A DNA stretch of 64,000 bases, taken from contig JBDTSL010000001.1 in the NCBI GenBank assembly GCA_039931165.1, positions 66,214 through 130,213 of the forward strand, in the 5' to 3' direction. The position numbers and the translations under genes are program-made. The DNA is from Candidatus Doudnabacteria bacterium (GTDB lineage Bacteria > Patescibacteriota > Doudnabacteria > UBA920 > O2-02-FULL-48-8). Each line of letters opens with the position of its first letter. The first letter of the stretch is position 1. The notes under the pieces are model-generated. The model did no database searches and was not told the DNA's origin. It saw only the letters and a list, made by a program, of their open reading frames with translations. This document shows positions 47,533 to 56,991 of the stretch, piece after piece.

Positions 47533-48047
47533 CTAAACTGGAAAGTTAAAACCAGCTTCATGACCAGATTGTCCGTGCCCCGCAATTCATAAAGCTTGTT
47601 ATTGTGCTGGGCTAAGACGACAGTTTCCGAATGGCCGCCGCCGAGATCATTTATGATTTTCTGGGCCGGACTGCCGTCCACTCGAATCGTGTTTTCCTGG
47701 ACAATCTTCAGAGTTTTGCGGATGGCATTTTCCGAGGCAGGCGGCACCACCAGCACCGATACGCCTTCGTCCGAGATGGTGCTGGGGAAAATATTTATCA
47801 TCGAACTGTTGACAGCCTCAATCGACCAGTCCGCCGGAAAATGGACCCTGAATCCTAATCGGATATCTTGGAACGTATGCCATGGCTGAAATGTATTTTC
47901 TGCAATTTGAGATTCAAAGTTGACTTCCGTAACTTGAATATATCCGACCAGAGCAATTGTCACAAAAATTCCGTAAACTATTGCCCAAACCAGCCACCTG
48001 TTAGGGTGGACTATTATTTGATGGAACTTATGTAGTTTTTTTGCCAT
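47529..48047 (-). CDS. Membrane-anchored hypothetical protein, distant member (E) of the W-x-T-[FY]-x-[ND]-x-x-[YL]-G-F...P-x-x-W family
   Basis: TM anchor, then QPWHTFQDIRLGFRVHFPADWSIE. 4-nt overlap with galT. Confidence 0.5.
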   Translation of the reverse strand: MAKKLHKFHQIIVHPNRWLVWAIVYGIFVTIALVGYIQVTEVNFESQIAENTFQPWHTFQDIRLGFRVHFPADWSIEAVNSSMINIFPSTISDEGVSVLVVPPASENAIRKTLKIVQENTIRVDGSPAQKIINDLGGGHSETVVLAQHNNKLYELRGTDNLVMKLVLTFQFR

Positions 48048-48075
48048 ATTTGTTTTTTAATTTTATTTGAATGCT

Positions 48076-48495
48076 TTATTCTGCCGTTCTTGCTTTTTTT
48101 GTATCGAGGTATTGCTGGAGCATGATCTGGGCTGCAATGTTATCTTTAACCCCCCTCTGCTCTTTTTCTTTGATTCCGAGCTCTCTCAGTCTGTTCGTTG
48201 CTTCCACTGAAGTAAACCGTTCGTCTATCAGGGTTATCGGGACTTTCACAGCCTTGGAAAGATTATCTACAAAAACCTTAAGTTTCACGGCGGATTTTTC
48301 TTCTTTGCCGGCCAAATTCTTAGGCAGTCCAACCAATACCAAGCTGATTCCGAGTTCATTAATTATTTTTATTATTTCAGCTATTGCATTTTGTGTTTCG
48401 AAGAACTGTTCCAGGGGAAAAGCGATTTTTCCTTCTTCATCCGAAACCGCCGCCCCGACCCGGGCTTCTCCCCAATCAATCGCCAAAACCCTCAT
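48076..48495 (-). CDS. ruvX: Holliday-junction resolvase-like RNase RuvX/YqgF
   Basis: VLAIDWGEARVGAAVSD N-terminus (RNase H fold). Confidence 0.85.
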   Translation of the reverse strand: MRVLAIDWGEARVGAAVSDEEGKIAFPLEQFFETQNAIAEIIKIINELGISLVLVGLPKNLAGKEEKSAVKLKVFVDNLSKAVKVPITLIDERFTSVEATNRLRELGIKEKEQRGVKDNIAAQIMLQQYLDTKKARTAE

Positions 48496-48630
48496 TTACC
48501 CCCACACCAAAAGAGCTTTTGTTTCGGCAAAGCCGAAACAGTTGGCTCTTGAATTATCGCTGTTGGACTATATTCAATCATTTTATATTCATAATTATTT
48601 TACTAAATAAGCTCGTTATGGTGTGGGGGT
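48496..48630. repeat. MITE/Correia-like element, copy 1 (TIRs ACCCCCACACCAAA.GAGCTT / AAGCTCGTTATGGTGTGGGGGT; internal TTTCGGCAAAGCCGAAA hairpin)
   Basis: Fills exactly the spacer from htrA's stop (TTA at 48631-48633) to ruvX's start codon (CAT at 48493-48495). About 90% identical to copies 2 and 3. Confidence 0.8.
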
Positions 48631-49887
48631 TTATTTGCTCTCCCCTAAGGTCACCGTCAGATCTTTGGTTTTGCCGCCGCTGAAAACGGTCATTTTCACA
48701 ACATCTCCCGGATTAAAATCTTTCAGGTAGGAAGCCAAGCTATGGTCTTGATTTAAATCCTTCCCATTGATCTGCTGGATTATGTCATGTTCCTTAAGCC
48801 CGGCTTTATCCGCGGCCGAACCCGGTAAAACTGCCGGCGAGCTGATCAAGTCTCCCGAAACGATCAGCGCGCCATGGTCGACGCTTAAATTATTTTGCTG
48901 CTGGATGCTTTGGTTGATCATGACATACCTCACTCCAAGGAACGGCTTGACGATCCTGCCGACTTTTTGGAAGCTGCTGATATCTTTTTTGATGTCATTT
49001 ACCGGAATGGCAAATCCGATCAATTGTCCCTGGGAATCCATGGCGGTGTTAATGCCTATCACCGAACCGCCTATATCCAGAAGCGGACCGCCTGAATTGC
49101 CCGGATTGATCGCCGCGTCGGTCTGGATCACGCCTTCCAGTTGTTCGGAATCCGAACCGGTCTCACCGCCGGCCGTTATCGTCCGGCCGATGCCGGAAAC
49201 AATGCCTTTGGTGACAGTATTGCTATATTGGCCCAAGGAATTCCCGATCGCTATGACAGTCTGGCCGATCCGGAGACCGGAGGAATCACCCAAAGGTAAA
49301 GTTGGCAATTGACTGGCGCTTATTTTCACCAAAGCCAGATCATTGACCGGGTCGCGCGACAATACTGTCGCGTCATATTTCTTGCCGTCATTGGTCAGTA
49401 CTGTATAAGTGGCGGTTGTGTCTGCAACCACATGCTTGTTGGTCATGATCAGCCCATCGGAAGATACGATAAATCCGGAACCGCCTCCTATCTGCTGGAT
49501 ATTCGGCGTATTGTTTTTTTGGTTCTGCTGATTGCGGTTCTGAAAAAACGGGTCAAACGAAAAGGGGCCAAAGTCAAAAGGCGAGGTAGAATATCCGGGA
49601 ATTTTATTAAGATCTTTGGAAATTATGATCGAAACAACCGCCGGACTGGCATTCTTGACCACGTCAACAATCCCCGACTGTTCGTTCACGGAAACGGTTT
49701 TTATATCGCTGCCGATGCCGGAGCCAAATGAAACGCCATTATGCAATAAAAACGTTGAACCAAAAACAGCTCCTCCGATGCCAAAAAGAAAACTGAGCAA
49801 AACCACCAAAGTAATCAGCTTAATACTGGATTCCCCTGCTTCGGGCAAATCCGAAGTCAGAGCTTTTTCATTATTTAACTTTGTCAT
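48631..49887 (-). CDS. htrA: HtrA/DegP-family serine protease with a PDZ domain
   Basis: Catalytic triad context (TNKHV, GNSGGPL) and a C-terminal PDZ domain. Confidence 0.85.
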   Translation of the reverse strand: MTKLNNEKALTSDLPEAGESSIKLITLVVLLSFLFGIGGAVFGSTFLLHNGVSFGSGIGSDIKTVSVNEQSGIVDVVKNASPAVVSIIISKDLNKIPGYSTSPFDFGPFSFDPFFQNRNQQNQKNNTPNIQQIGGGSGFIVSSDGLIMTNKHVVADTTATYTVLTNDGKKYDATVLSRDPVNDLALVKISASQLPTLPLGDSSGLRIGQTVIAIGNSLGQYSNTVTKGIVSGIGRTITAGGETGSDSEQLEGVIQTDAAINPGNSGGPLLDIGGSVIGINTAMDSQGQLIGFAIPVNDIKKDISSFQKVGRIVKPFLGVRYVMINQSIQQQNNLSVDHGALIVSGDLISSPAVLPGSAADKAGLKEHDIIQQINGKDLNQDHSLASYLKDFNPGDVVKMTVFSGGKTKDLTVTLGESK

Positions 49888-49963
49888 ATTTTTATTGTGA
49901 TTTCAAAGTATGCGCTATGTACAGAACCATTAGATTATAACATATTTATGCTCAAAGGCAAAA

Positions 49964-50731
49964 TTAGACCGATGTAAGGATCTCGCAGCCGGCTTCAGTG
50001 ACCAAAACCGTATGTTCAGAATGCGCCGACCACCCGCCATCCACGGTTTTTATGGTCCAATTGTCATTTGTAAAATAAACCTTCCAGCCGCCTTCATTTA
50101 CCATTGGTTCCACCGCGATGACCATGCCTTTTACGAGTTTGGTCCCTGTTTTGGTTCGGCCAAAGCAAGGCACTTCCGGTTCTTCATGGACCGCTTTGCC
50201 GACGCCGTGGCCGACAAGCTGACGCACTACCTGAAAATCATTTTCCTGGACCTTTGTCTCGATCGCAAACCCGACGTCACCCGTATAATTGCCGGCTTTG
50301 ACCGCGGAAAGTCCGGCGGCCAAAGATTCTTTTGCGGCTTCGATCAGCTTGCGGTGCTTCTCGGTCACATCTCCGACCGGCACCGTGATAGCGGCGTCGG
50401 TGAACAATCCTTTGTATTGAACGCCCAAATCCAGGCCCACGATATCGCCGTCCTTTAAAATTTTATCCTTGTGAGGAATGCCATGAACGACTTCGTCATT
50501 GACAGACACACAAAGGCTGGCCGGAAAAGGCGGGTCGCCCGGTTCCGACCGGTAATTTTTAAAAGCCGGAATTCCGCCTCTCTTCCTGATTTCCATTTCC
50601 GCCAGTTTATCCAAATCAAAGGCCGACACTCCCGGTTTCACCTGACTAGCCGCCAAGTTTAAAACTTCGGCTAGAATCTTGCCGCCTTTGCGCAAAATTT
50701 CAATTTCTTTTGGATCGCTTGTAATCATCAA
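49964..50731 (-). CDS. map: Methionine aminopeptidase, type I
   Basis: Pita-bread fold with the metal-ligand pattern (D..D..H..E..E). Confidence 0.9.
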   Translation of the reverse strand: MMITSDPKEIEILRKGGKILAEVLNLAASQVKPGVSAFDLDKLAEMEIRKRGGIPAFKNYRSEPGDPPFPASLCVSVNDEVVHGIPHKDKILKDGDIVGLDLGVQYKGLFTDAAITVPVGDVTEKHRKLIEAAKESLAAGLSAVKAGNYTGDVGFAIETKVQENDFQVVRQLVGHGVGKAVHEEPEVPCFGRTKTGTKLVKGMVIAVEPMVNEGGWKVYFTNDNWTIKTVDGGWSAHSEHTVLVTEAGCEILTSV

Positions 50732-51287
50732 TTTTCTTTTTCATATCCAGGGCCACTTTTATGATGTCTTGGTTGCCATTGATAAACTTGACCTTGTTGA
50801 ATTTCTGAAAATATTTAATGGTTTCCATAACTTGTTTTTTGTGATACTTGATCCTCGACTTGATATAGCCCATGTCCAAATCGCTTTTTTCACGGTCCCG
50901 GTGGAATGAGCGTTTTTTTATTAACGCATCAGGGAGCCTTATATAAAGAGCGAAAAAATCGCGTTTTTTCTTATCCAACATTTTTTTCAACAAAATAGCT
51001 TCGTTTTTCAGCCGCGGATTGCCGACAAACAATAAATTTTTACTTTTCGGGGCGCGCTCAACCGCCTTTTTTATAAAATCATCAATAATTTTTGAAGGCA
51101 CCGGCAAGCCCTTATCATAAGTCTGCTTAAATATTTTTTTATACCGGGGATTTTCACGCAACCGCCGCAAATACTCTCCTGATCTGATCGGTTTCAGATC
51201 ATAATAGTTCATAAGCAAATCAGCCTGGGTATCTTTGCCTGAGGCGGGTGATCCTAAGATAATTAAATCAAATCCTAATCGCTTCAT
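50700..51287 (-). CDS. Divergent adenylate kinase-like NMP kinase, second paralog
   Basis: P-loop GSPASGKDTQ resembles the Adk GxPGxGKGTQ. Basic, lysine-rich C-terminus. 32-nt overlap with map. Confidence 0.55.
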   Translation of the reverse strand: MKRLGFDLIILGSPASGKDTQADLLMNYYDLKPIRSGEYLRRLRENPRYKKIFKQTYDKGLPVPSKIIDDFIKKAVERAPKSKNLLFVGNPRLKNEAILLKKMLDKKKRDFFALYIRLPDALIKKRSFHRDREKSDLDMGYIKSRIKYHKKQVMETIKYFQKFNKVKFINGNQDIIKVALDMKKKIDDYKRSKRN

Positions 51288-51853
51288 TTCAGTTTCTCCA
51301 TAATGTCTTTATGGACATTCTCTACGGTCTGGTCGCCGTTTATATGGATGAGCATGCCTTTTAATTCATAAAAATCCCGGATCTTGGCGGTTTTCTTTTG
51401 AAATTCGTCAAAGCGCCTCTCCACCGCCAATGTGCTCACATCATCCGCGCGGCCTTCAGTTTTACTCCGAAGCGCCAAACGGCCGAGGAGTTTCTTTTTA
51501 TCGACATCCAACAGCATAATTTTTTGATCCGTCACTTTATGCTCGGCAAGAACTCCATTAAGCATTTCCACTTGTCCCGGGGTTCTTGGAAATCCATCAA
51601 CCACTAAACCTGATTTACCCATAACCTTTGATATGAATTGATCAAACACTTGCCGCGTTAATTCATCGGAAACAATTAACCCCTGTTCGATCGGGGCCTT
51701 GATTTGCGTTCCCAACGGCGTATCCTGCCTGGCAACTTCCCGCAAAGTATCCCCCATGCTGAAATAACCGTATCCGAGTTTATCGATCAGCAATTTGCTT
51801 TGCGTGCCTTTGCCGCTCCCCGGCGGCCCCATGAGAATAATAATCTGCTTCAT
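51284..51853 (-). CDS. adk: Adenylate kinase
   Basis: GPPGSGKGTQ P-loop and NMP-binding/LID regions. 4-nt overlap with the downstream paralog. Confidence 0.9.
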   Translation of the reverse strand: MKQIIILMGPPGSGKGTQSKLLIDKLGYGYFSMGDTLREVARQDTPLGTQIKAPIEQGLIVSDELTRQVFDQFISKVMGKSGLVVDGFPRTPGQVEMLNGVLAEHKVTDQKIMLLDVDKKKLLGRLALRSKTEGRADDVSTLAVERRFDEFQKKTAKIRDFYELKGMLIHINGDQTVENVHKDIMEKLK

Positions 51854-51940
51854 GTCACTATTATAACCTAAAATCTTGGTTTAACAAAAAGCCGCCTTTC
51901 GGCGGCTTCTACTTTCTATTTTCTACTTGCTATTTTCTAA

Positions 51941-53239
51941 TTAAAAATCCTCGTAATCTCTCATTACCATCTGGGCCTGGACCTGCTTCATAACTTCGAT
52001 CACCACGGATACCACGATCAGAAGAGATGTTCCGCCCAATGTCAGCGATTGGCTGTGGGTAAATGCCTGGACAATGTTCGGCAGAACCGCGATCAGGCCC
52101 AGGAAAATGGCGCCAACCAAGGTGATGCGGTTCAGAACTTTATACAAAAATTCCGCGGTCTGAAACCCGGGGCGCAGTCCCGGAATAAATCCGCCTTGTT
52201 TCTGGATATTTTCGGAGATTTCTTCGGGATTGAATACGATGGCGGTATAGAAGTAAGTGAAAGCCACGACCAAAATAAAATATATGATGCCCTGGTAGGT
52301 CTGGTTCTGGAAAAAATTATTGATGGCGGTAGCGGCGTGGGCGACAAACTCAGTCTTGGCATTGGAAAAGAAATTGGCGATAAGACCCGGAAAAAGCAAA
52401 ATGGAAATGGCAAAAATTATAGGGATCACCCCGGCTTGGTTTACTCTCAGCGGCAAATGAGTATTCACTCCGCCGTACATTTTATTGCCTCGGATCCTTT
52501 TCGCATAAGATACGGGGATATTCCTTTGAGCTTCGGTGATCAGTACAACTCCGCCGATGACCACCGCGGCCAACGCCACATAAGATAGCGCTGTGATCAG
52601 ATTCTGAGGGCTGATGGCCGAACCCGAGCCAGATAGGCTCAAATACGCCTGTTGCACCACGGTCGGAAGCCGAGCTACTATCCCGGCAAAAATGATCAGG
52701 GAAATACCGTTGCCGATTTTGAATTCGGAAATCATCTCGCCCAGCCAGAGCAGGATCATGGTACCAGTGGTAACGGAAAGCAAAGTCACAAACCATTGAA
52801 ATGGCGAAAAACCAGACGTAATATCGATGTTGCTGGTGCGAGAAAGCAAAATAATCGTGCCATATGCCTGGATCGGGGTCAAAGGAACTGTCAAATAACG
52901 CATGTACTGGTTGATCTTCATGCGTCCGGCCTCTCCCCCTTCTTTGGACAGCTCACCGAGCTTCGGAATGATGATCGTCAGCAGCTGGATGATGATCGAA
53001 GCGGTGATGTATGGTCCCACGCCGAGCATGACAATGGAAAAATTACGCAGTCCGCCTCCGGAAAAAATATCGAATAATCCCAGCAGCTGGTTGGTGTTCA
53101 GCAAAGCCCGTAAATTCGTCACGTCTATCCCGGGGATCGGAATGTGGGCAAGAACTCTGGTCGCGACCAAAAGCAGAGCCACGAAGATGATCCTGTTGCG
53201 AAGCTCTTTAACTTTCCAGATTTGAGAAATCCTAGACAT
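51941..53239 (-). CDS. secY: Preprotein translocase subunit SecY
   Basis: 10-TM SecY family similarity. Confidence 0.95.
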   Translation of the reverse strand: MSRISQIWKVKELRNRIIFVALLLVATRVLAHIPIPGIDVTNLRALLNTNQLLGLFDIFSGGGLRNFSIVMLGVGPYITASIIIQLLTIIIPKLGELSKEGGEAGRMKINQYMRYLTVPLTPIQAYGTIILLSRTSNIDITSGFSPFQWFVTLLSVTTGTMILLWLGEMISEFKIGNGISLIIFAGIVARLPTVVQQAYLSLSGSGSAISPQNLITALSYVALAAVVIGGVVLITEAQRNIPVSYAKRIRGNKMYGGVNTHLPLRVNQAGVIPIIFAISILLFPGLIANFFSNAKTEFVAHAATAINNFFQNQTYQGIIYFILVVAFTYFYTAIVFNPEEISENIQKQGGFIPGLRPGFQTAEFLYKVLNRITLVGAIFLGLIAVLPNIVQAFTHSQSLTLGGTSLLIVVSVVIEVMKQVQAQMVMRDYEDF

Positions 53240-53304
53240 AAATTAGGTTATAGGTTATAGGTTATAGGTTGTAGCCGGTTGAGCTATAACCTATCACCTA
53301 AAAC

Positions 53305-53748
53305 CTAGTTACTGATCTTTCCTCCGGCTTTCTGCACTTTCTCCAGCGCCGAAGCTGAAAACTTGATCTTTTCAAAATTCAAGGCTTTTTTAATTTCACC
53401 TGAAGCCAGAATTTTCACTTCAAGGCTTGCGGATTTGATAAGTCCTAAATTATATAAAACTTTCGGATTGACCTTATCGCCTGCCTTAAATTTATTGTTC
53501 AGATCATCAAGGCCCAAAACTGTAAGTTTGGTATTTCTGGAAGTAAAACCCCGGCGCTTCGGCAATTGGCGCTGCAACGGCATACGGCCGCCTTCGAACC
53601 CGACCGGGATCGAAGAGCCTGAACGGGCTTTTTGGCCTTTGGCGCCGCGGCCCGAATACGTTCCGTGGCCCGAACCAACACCGCGCCCGACAACTTTGCG
53701 GCGTTTGGTGGCTCCTCTATATGGTTTAAGCTCCGATAACTTCAACAT
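53305..53748 (-). CDS. rplO: 50S ribosomal protein L15
   Basis: Gly/Arg-rich N-terminus (RGVGSGHGTYSGRG). Confidence 0.9.
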   Translation of the reverse strand: MLKLSELKPYRGATKRRKVVGRGVGSGHGTYSGRGAKGQKARSGSSIPVGFEGGRMPLQRQLPKRRGFTSRNTKLTVLGLDDLNNKFKAGDKVNPKVLYNLGLIKSASLEVKILASGEIKKALNFEKIKFSASALEKVQKAGGKISN

Positions 53749-53751
53749 ATA

Positions 53752-54273
53752 TTACTCCGTTACTTTCTGGACAGCCTTACGGCTGGCAATTTCTTCTTTT
53801 GACCGCAGTTTAGACAAAGCCAAATATGTGGCCATGACATTATTCACTTTATTCGAAGAACCGAGCATTTTTGACAGGACGTTTCTGACACCGACCAAGT
53901 CCAGCACTTGCCTGATCGCCCCGCCGGCAATCACTCCGGTGCCGGGCTGGGCGGGCTTAAGGAATACCACCGAGGATTTATATTTGAACTTGATTTCGTG
54001 AGGGATCGTGTCATTCACTATTTTGATCGGGATCATTGTTTTCTTGGCAGCAGTCACGGCCTTATTCACGGCTTCCGAAACATCCGCCCCTTTCTTGAGT
54101 CCGATGCCGACCCGGCCTTTCTTGTCGCCGATCACGACCAGAGCTCGAAAACGCATGCGCTTGCCGCCGGCAACCACGCGAGTGACGCGCTTGATCTCTA
54201 CGATCTTCTGTTCAAAATCTTTCTTTCCGCCGTCGCCCTGTCCCCGGCCGCGGCCTTGTCTTTTAAATGCCAT
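53752..54273 (-). CDS. rpsE: 30S ribosomal protein S5 (no L30 gene between S5 and L15)
   Basis: S5 dsRBD and C-terminal domain similarity. Confidence 0.9.
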   Translation of the reverse strand: MAFKRQGRGRGQGDGGKKDFEQKIVEIKRVTRVVAGGKRMRFRALVVIGDKKGRVGIGLKKGADVSEAVNKAVTAAKKTMIPIKIVNDTIPHEIKFKYKSSVVFLKPAQPGTGVIAGGAIRQVLDLVGVRNVLSKMLGSSNKVNNVMATYLALSKLRSKEEIASRKAVQKVTE

Positions 54274-54277
54274 AGGT

Positions 54278-54622
54278 TTAAAACTCCAATCCAGCGGCTC
54301 TCGCCGCTTCCGCTAATTCTTTCACACGGCCATGGTATTGATAGCCGCCTCGGTCAAATACGATTTTTTTGATGCCTAGGGCCTTAGCTTTTTCCGCGGC
54401 CAATTTACCCACAGCGGCGGCGATTTCCGATTTCTTGCCCTTGCTTTTAACTTCAGAGCTTGAAGCAGCAGCCAGGGTTTTACCGGTTTCGTCGTCGATC
54501 AGCTGGATATAAATGTGCGAAAGTGAGCGAAAAACATTCAGCCTTGGCTTGGATGAACTGCCGATGACTTTAGCGCGAACCCTTCTCTGGCGCATTTTTC
54601 GTTGTGCTTGTCTGGTATTCAT
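54278..54622 (-). CDS. rplR: 50S ribosomal protein L18
   Basis: Start chosen at [14 protein letters not shown]. Confidence 0.9.
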   Translation of the reverse strand: MNTRQAQRKMRQRRVRAKVIGSSSKPRLNVFRSLSHIYIQLIDDETGKTLAAASSSEVKSKGKKSEIAAAVGKLAAEKAKALGIKKIVFDRGGYQYHGRVKELAEAARAAGLEF

Positions 54623-54761
54623 ATTTACCCCCACACCAAACGAGCTTTTCTTCCGGCAAAGCCGAAACAATTTTCCCGTGATGTGTTAATTTCTTCGTAA
54701 TCTACTAATATTCTTATAATCATAATTATTTTACTAAATAAGCTCGTTATGGTGTGGGGGT
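54623..54761. repeat. MITE/Correia-like element, copy 2
   Basis: Exactly fills the rplF stop (TTA at 54762) to the rplR start (CAT at 54620-54622). TIRs and internal hairpin as in copy 1. Confidence 0.8.
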
Positions 54762-55343
54762 TTATTTCGCTCCCACGGCCTTCACGACTTTGCCGGCTTT
54801 GCGTCTGATGACCTCATCCGAATATTTAATACCTTTGCCTTTATAAGGCTCCGGTTGCCGGTGAGAACGCACAACCGCGGCAAATTGCCCGACCGCCTGG
54901 CGGTCAGAGCCCGTGATGGTAATCGTGTTTTTCTCGACTTTCGCTTCCAGCCCCTGCGGCACTTCCATTTCGATCGGGTGAGAATAACCCAGATTTAAAA
55001 CCAATTTTTTTCCGGAAATCGCCGCCTTATACCCCACACCGTTGATCTCCAAAATTTTTGTAAACCCGGTGGTGACCCCGACGATCATATTGTTGATCAG
55101 TGCCCGGAACAGTCCCCACAAGGCACGCTGCTGTTTATTCTCACTATCGCCTACGCTAACCAGCACTTCCGAGTCTTTTTGTTCGACTTTAACTTTCGGA
55201 TGCAACGCCAAACTCAGCTCTCCTTTAGGTCCTTTGACTTGCAGGATTGAGTCCTTTCCGCCGGAGGCGGATCCGCCTTCGGCGGAGATGTCAACTGTGA
55301 CACCCGCGGGCACTGGAATTGGTTTTTTTCCTATTCTGGACAT
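54762..55343 (-). CDS. rplF: 50S ribosomal protein L6
   Basis: Family similarity. Confidence 0.9.
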   Translation of the reverse strand: MSRIGKKPIPVPAGVTVDISAEGGSASGGKDSILQVKGPKGELSLALHPKVKVEQKDSEVLVSVGDSENKQQRALWGLFRALINNMIVGVTTGFTKILEINGVGYKAAISGKKLVLNLGYSHPIEMEVPQGLEAKVEKNTITITGSDRQAVGQFAAVVRSHRQPEPYKGKGIKYSDEVIRRKAGKVVKAVGAK

Positions 55344-55378
55344 AGTTTTTTAATCTTTAATCTAAAATCTTTAATCCT

Positions 55379-55777
55379 CTACCACACCTGGCAGACAACC
55401 TCGCCGCCAATCTTGTTTTGGCGCGCTTCCTTATCCGTCATTAATCCTTTCGAGGTTGAAATGATCGTGGTGCCGATGCCTCCCATGACTTTCGGGATCT
55501 CGGTTCTGGCGGAGTAAATCCTCTGTCCGGGTTTGCTGACACGCTTGATCCCTGAAATCACAGGCAGTCCGGTCTCGTCATATTTGAGTTCCAACAACAA
55601 GCTTTTGAAACCATCGGTCTCCTTGACTTCCACTTTCTTGATATAACCTTCAGAATGCAAAACCTTGGCCAAATTATGCTTAAAATTCGAATAGGGCAAA
55701 ACCACGTCCGGTTTGCGTGCCATCAGGCCGTTGCGGATGCGGGTCAACATATCGGAAATTGTATCGGTCATGGTCAT
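55379..55777 (-). CDS. rpsH: 30S ribosomal protein S8
   Basis: Start chosen at MTMTDTISDMLTRIRN; the ORF-track GTG start at 55789 lies inside the repeat element. Confidence 0.9.
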   Translation of the reverse strand: MTMTDTISDMLTRIRNGLMARKPDVVLPYSNFKHNLAKVLHSEGYIKKVEVKETDGFKSLLLELKYDETGLPVISGIKRVSKPGQRIYSARTEIPKVMGGIGTTIISTSKGLMTDKEARQNKIGGEVVCQVW

Positions 55778-55917
55778 ATTTACCCCCACACCAAACGAGC
55801 TTCTGTTTCGGCAAAGCCGAAACAGTTTGCTCTTGAATTATTTTCTTCTCTGTTATATTCGATCATTCTTGTAGTCATAAATATTATTACTAAATAAGCT
55901 CGTTATGGTGTGGGGAT
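55778..55917. repeat. MITE/Correia-like element, copy 3
   Basis: Exactly fills the rpsN stop (TTA at 55918) to the rpsH ATG (CAT at 55775-55777). Confidence 0.8.
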
Positions 55918-56112
55918 TTACCAAGAAGCCTTAAATACGCCGGGGATCTCGCCGTTGGATGCTAGTTCCCGAAAACAAATGCGGCAAATATCAAAATCAC
56001 GCATATAGCCGCGCTTGCGGCCGCAGCGCCAACAGCGTCTGACCACGCGCGTCGAATACTTCGGGTTGGTGCGCGAACGGAATGATTTAATTGTCTGTGC
56101 TTTGGTTGCCAT
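55918..56112 (-). CDS. rpsN: 30S ribosomal protein S14, type Z (zinc-binding)
   Basis: [20 protein letters not shown] zinc ribbon; 64 aa. Confidence 0.9.
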   Translation of the reverse strand: MATKAQTIKSFRSRTNPKYSTRVVRRCWRCGRKRGYMRDFDICRICFRELASNGEIPGVFKASW

Positions 56113-56124
56113 ATCTTTGTAATT

Positions 56125-56664
56125 CTATTCTTTTTGAAACGGGAACCCCAGAGACTTTAATAATGCCAGCGCTTTCTTGTCGTCGTTGGTCGAGGTCTGG
56201 ATATTGACTTCAAGACCAAATACATATTCCAAATGTTCGCGGGTAGTTTCCGGAAAAACAATCTGCTCCCGAATACCGACATTATAATTGCCGTGGCCGT
56301 CAAATTTTTTCGGGGCAAGGCCCCGGAAGTCCCTCACGCGGGGCAATGAGACATTCACGAACTTATCCAAAAAATCATACATCCGGCGGCCCCTAAGTGT
56401 GACCATCAGCCCCACGACCTGGTTTTCGCGGATCTTGAATCCGGCAATTGATTTTTTCGCCATGGTCTTCACAGGTGCCTGTCCGGCGATATTTTTTACA
56501 TCTTCGATGATCGCCTCAAGCATTTTCGGATCTTTCAGCGTTTTGCCGACACCGACATTGATCACCACTTTCTTCACCATTGGCACAGCCATGGGATTGG
56601 TCAATCCGAAAGCTTTTTTCAGATCCGGCACCGATTTTTCTTTATAAATAGTCTTTAAATTCAT
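56125..56664 (-). CDS. rplE: 50S ribosomal protein L5
   Basis: Start chosen at MNLKTIYKEK. Confidence 0.9.
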   Translation of the reverse strand: MNLKTIYKEKSVPDLKKAFGLTNPMAVPMVKKVVINVGVGKTLKDPKMLEAIIEDVKNIAGQAPVKTMAKKSIAGFKIRENQVVGLMVTLRGRRMYDFLDKFVNVSLPRVRDFRGLAPKKFDGHGNYNVGIREQIVFPETTREHLEYVFGLEVNIQTSTNDDKKALALLKSLGFPFQKE

Positions 56665-56669
56665 AAGTG

Positions 56670-56990
56670 TTATCCTATGACCTTTCCGCATTGCTTACAT
56701 TTGCGCATATTCCCGGCAGCGGTCAGTTCATGACCGATCCTGGTCGGTTTACCACAATTAGAACAAATTAGCATAACTTTGGAAACATTCAAAGGAGCGG
56801 GGAGTTCCAGGCGCTGTCCTTTTTCACCTTGTTTTTTTGGCCGGGAAAAACGCACATGGATGTTCATACCCTCCACTGACAGGCGGCTTGTTTTCGGGAA
56901 CACTTCCAAAACCTTGCCGGATTTGCCTTTTTCCTTGCCGGCCAAGACTTTGACCATATCGCCTTTTTTAATGCTCATATATCGCGCCAT
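56670..56990 (-). CDS. rplX: 50S ribosomal protein L24 with a C-terminal CxxC...CxxC zinc-ribbon extension
   Basis: KOW N-terminus (KKGDMVKVLAGKEKGKSGKV). C-terminus CSNCGKP...CKQCGKV. Confidence 0.85.
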   Translation of the reverse strand: MARYMSIKKGDMVKVLAGKEKGKSGKVLEVFPKTSRLSVEGMNIHVRFSRPKKQGEKGQRLELPAPLNVSKVMLICSNCGKPTRIGHELTAAGNMRKCKQCGKVIG

Positions 56991-56991
56991 A

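Noticed and set aside
48071-48610. Plus-strand ORFs in the track (48071-48610, 48384-48683, 55655-55897) whose C-terminal peptides (…YPHTKRA(F/S)VSAKPKQ…ALEL…) recur
   Set aside because: The shared peptide is just the translation of the repeated MITE-like element. The ORFs run antisense through ruvX and rpsH.
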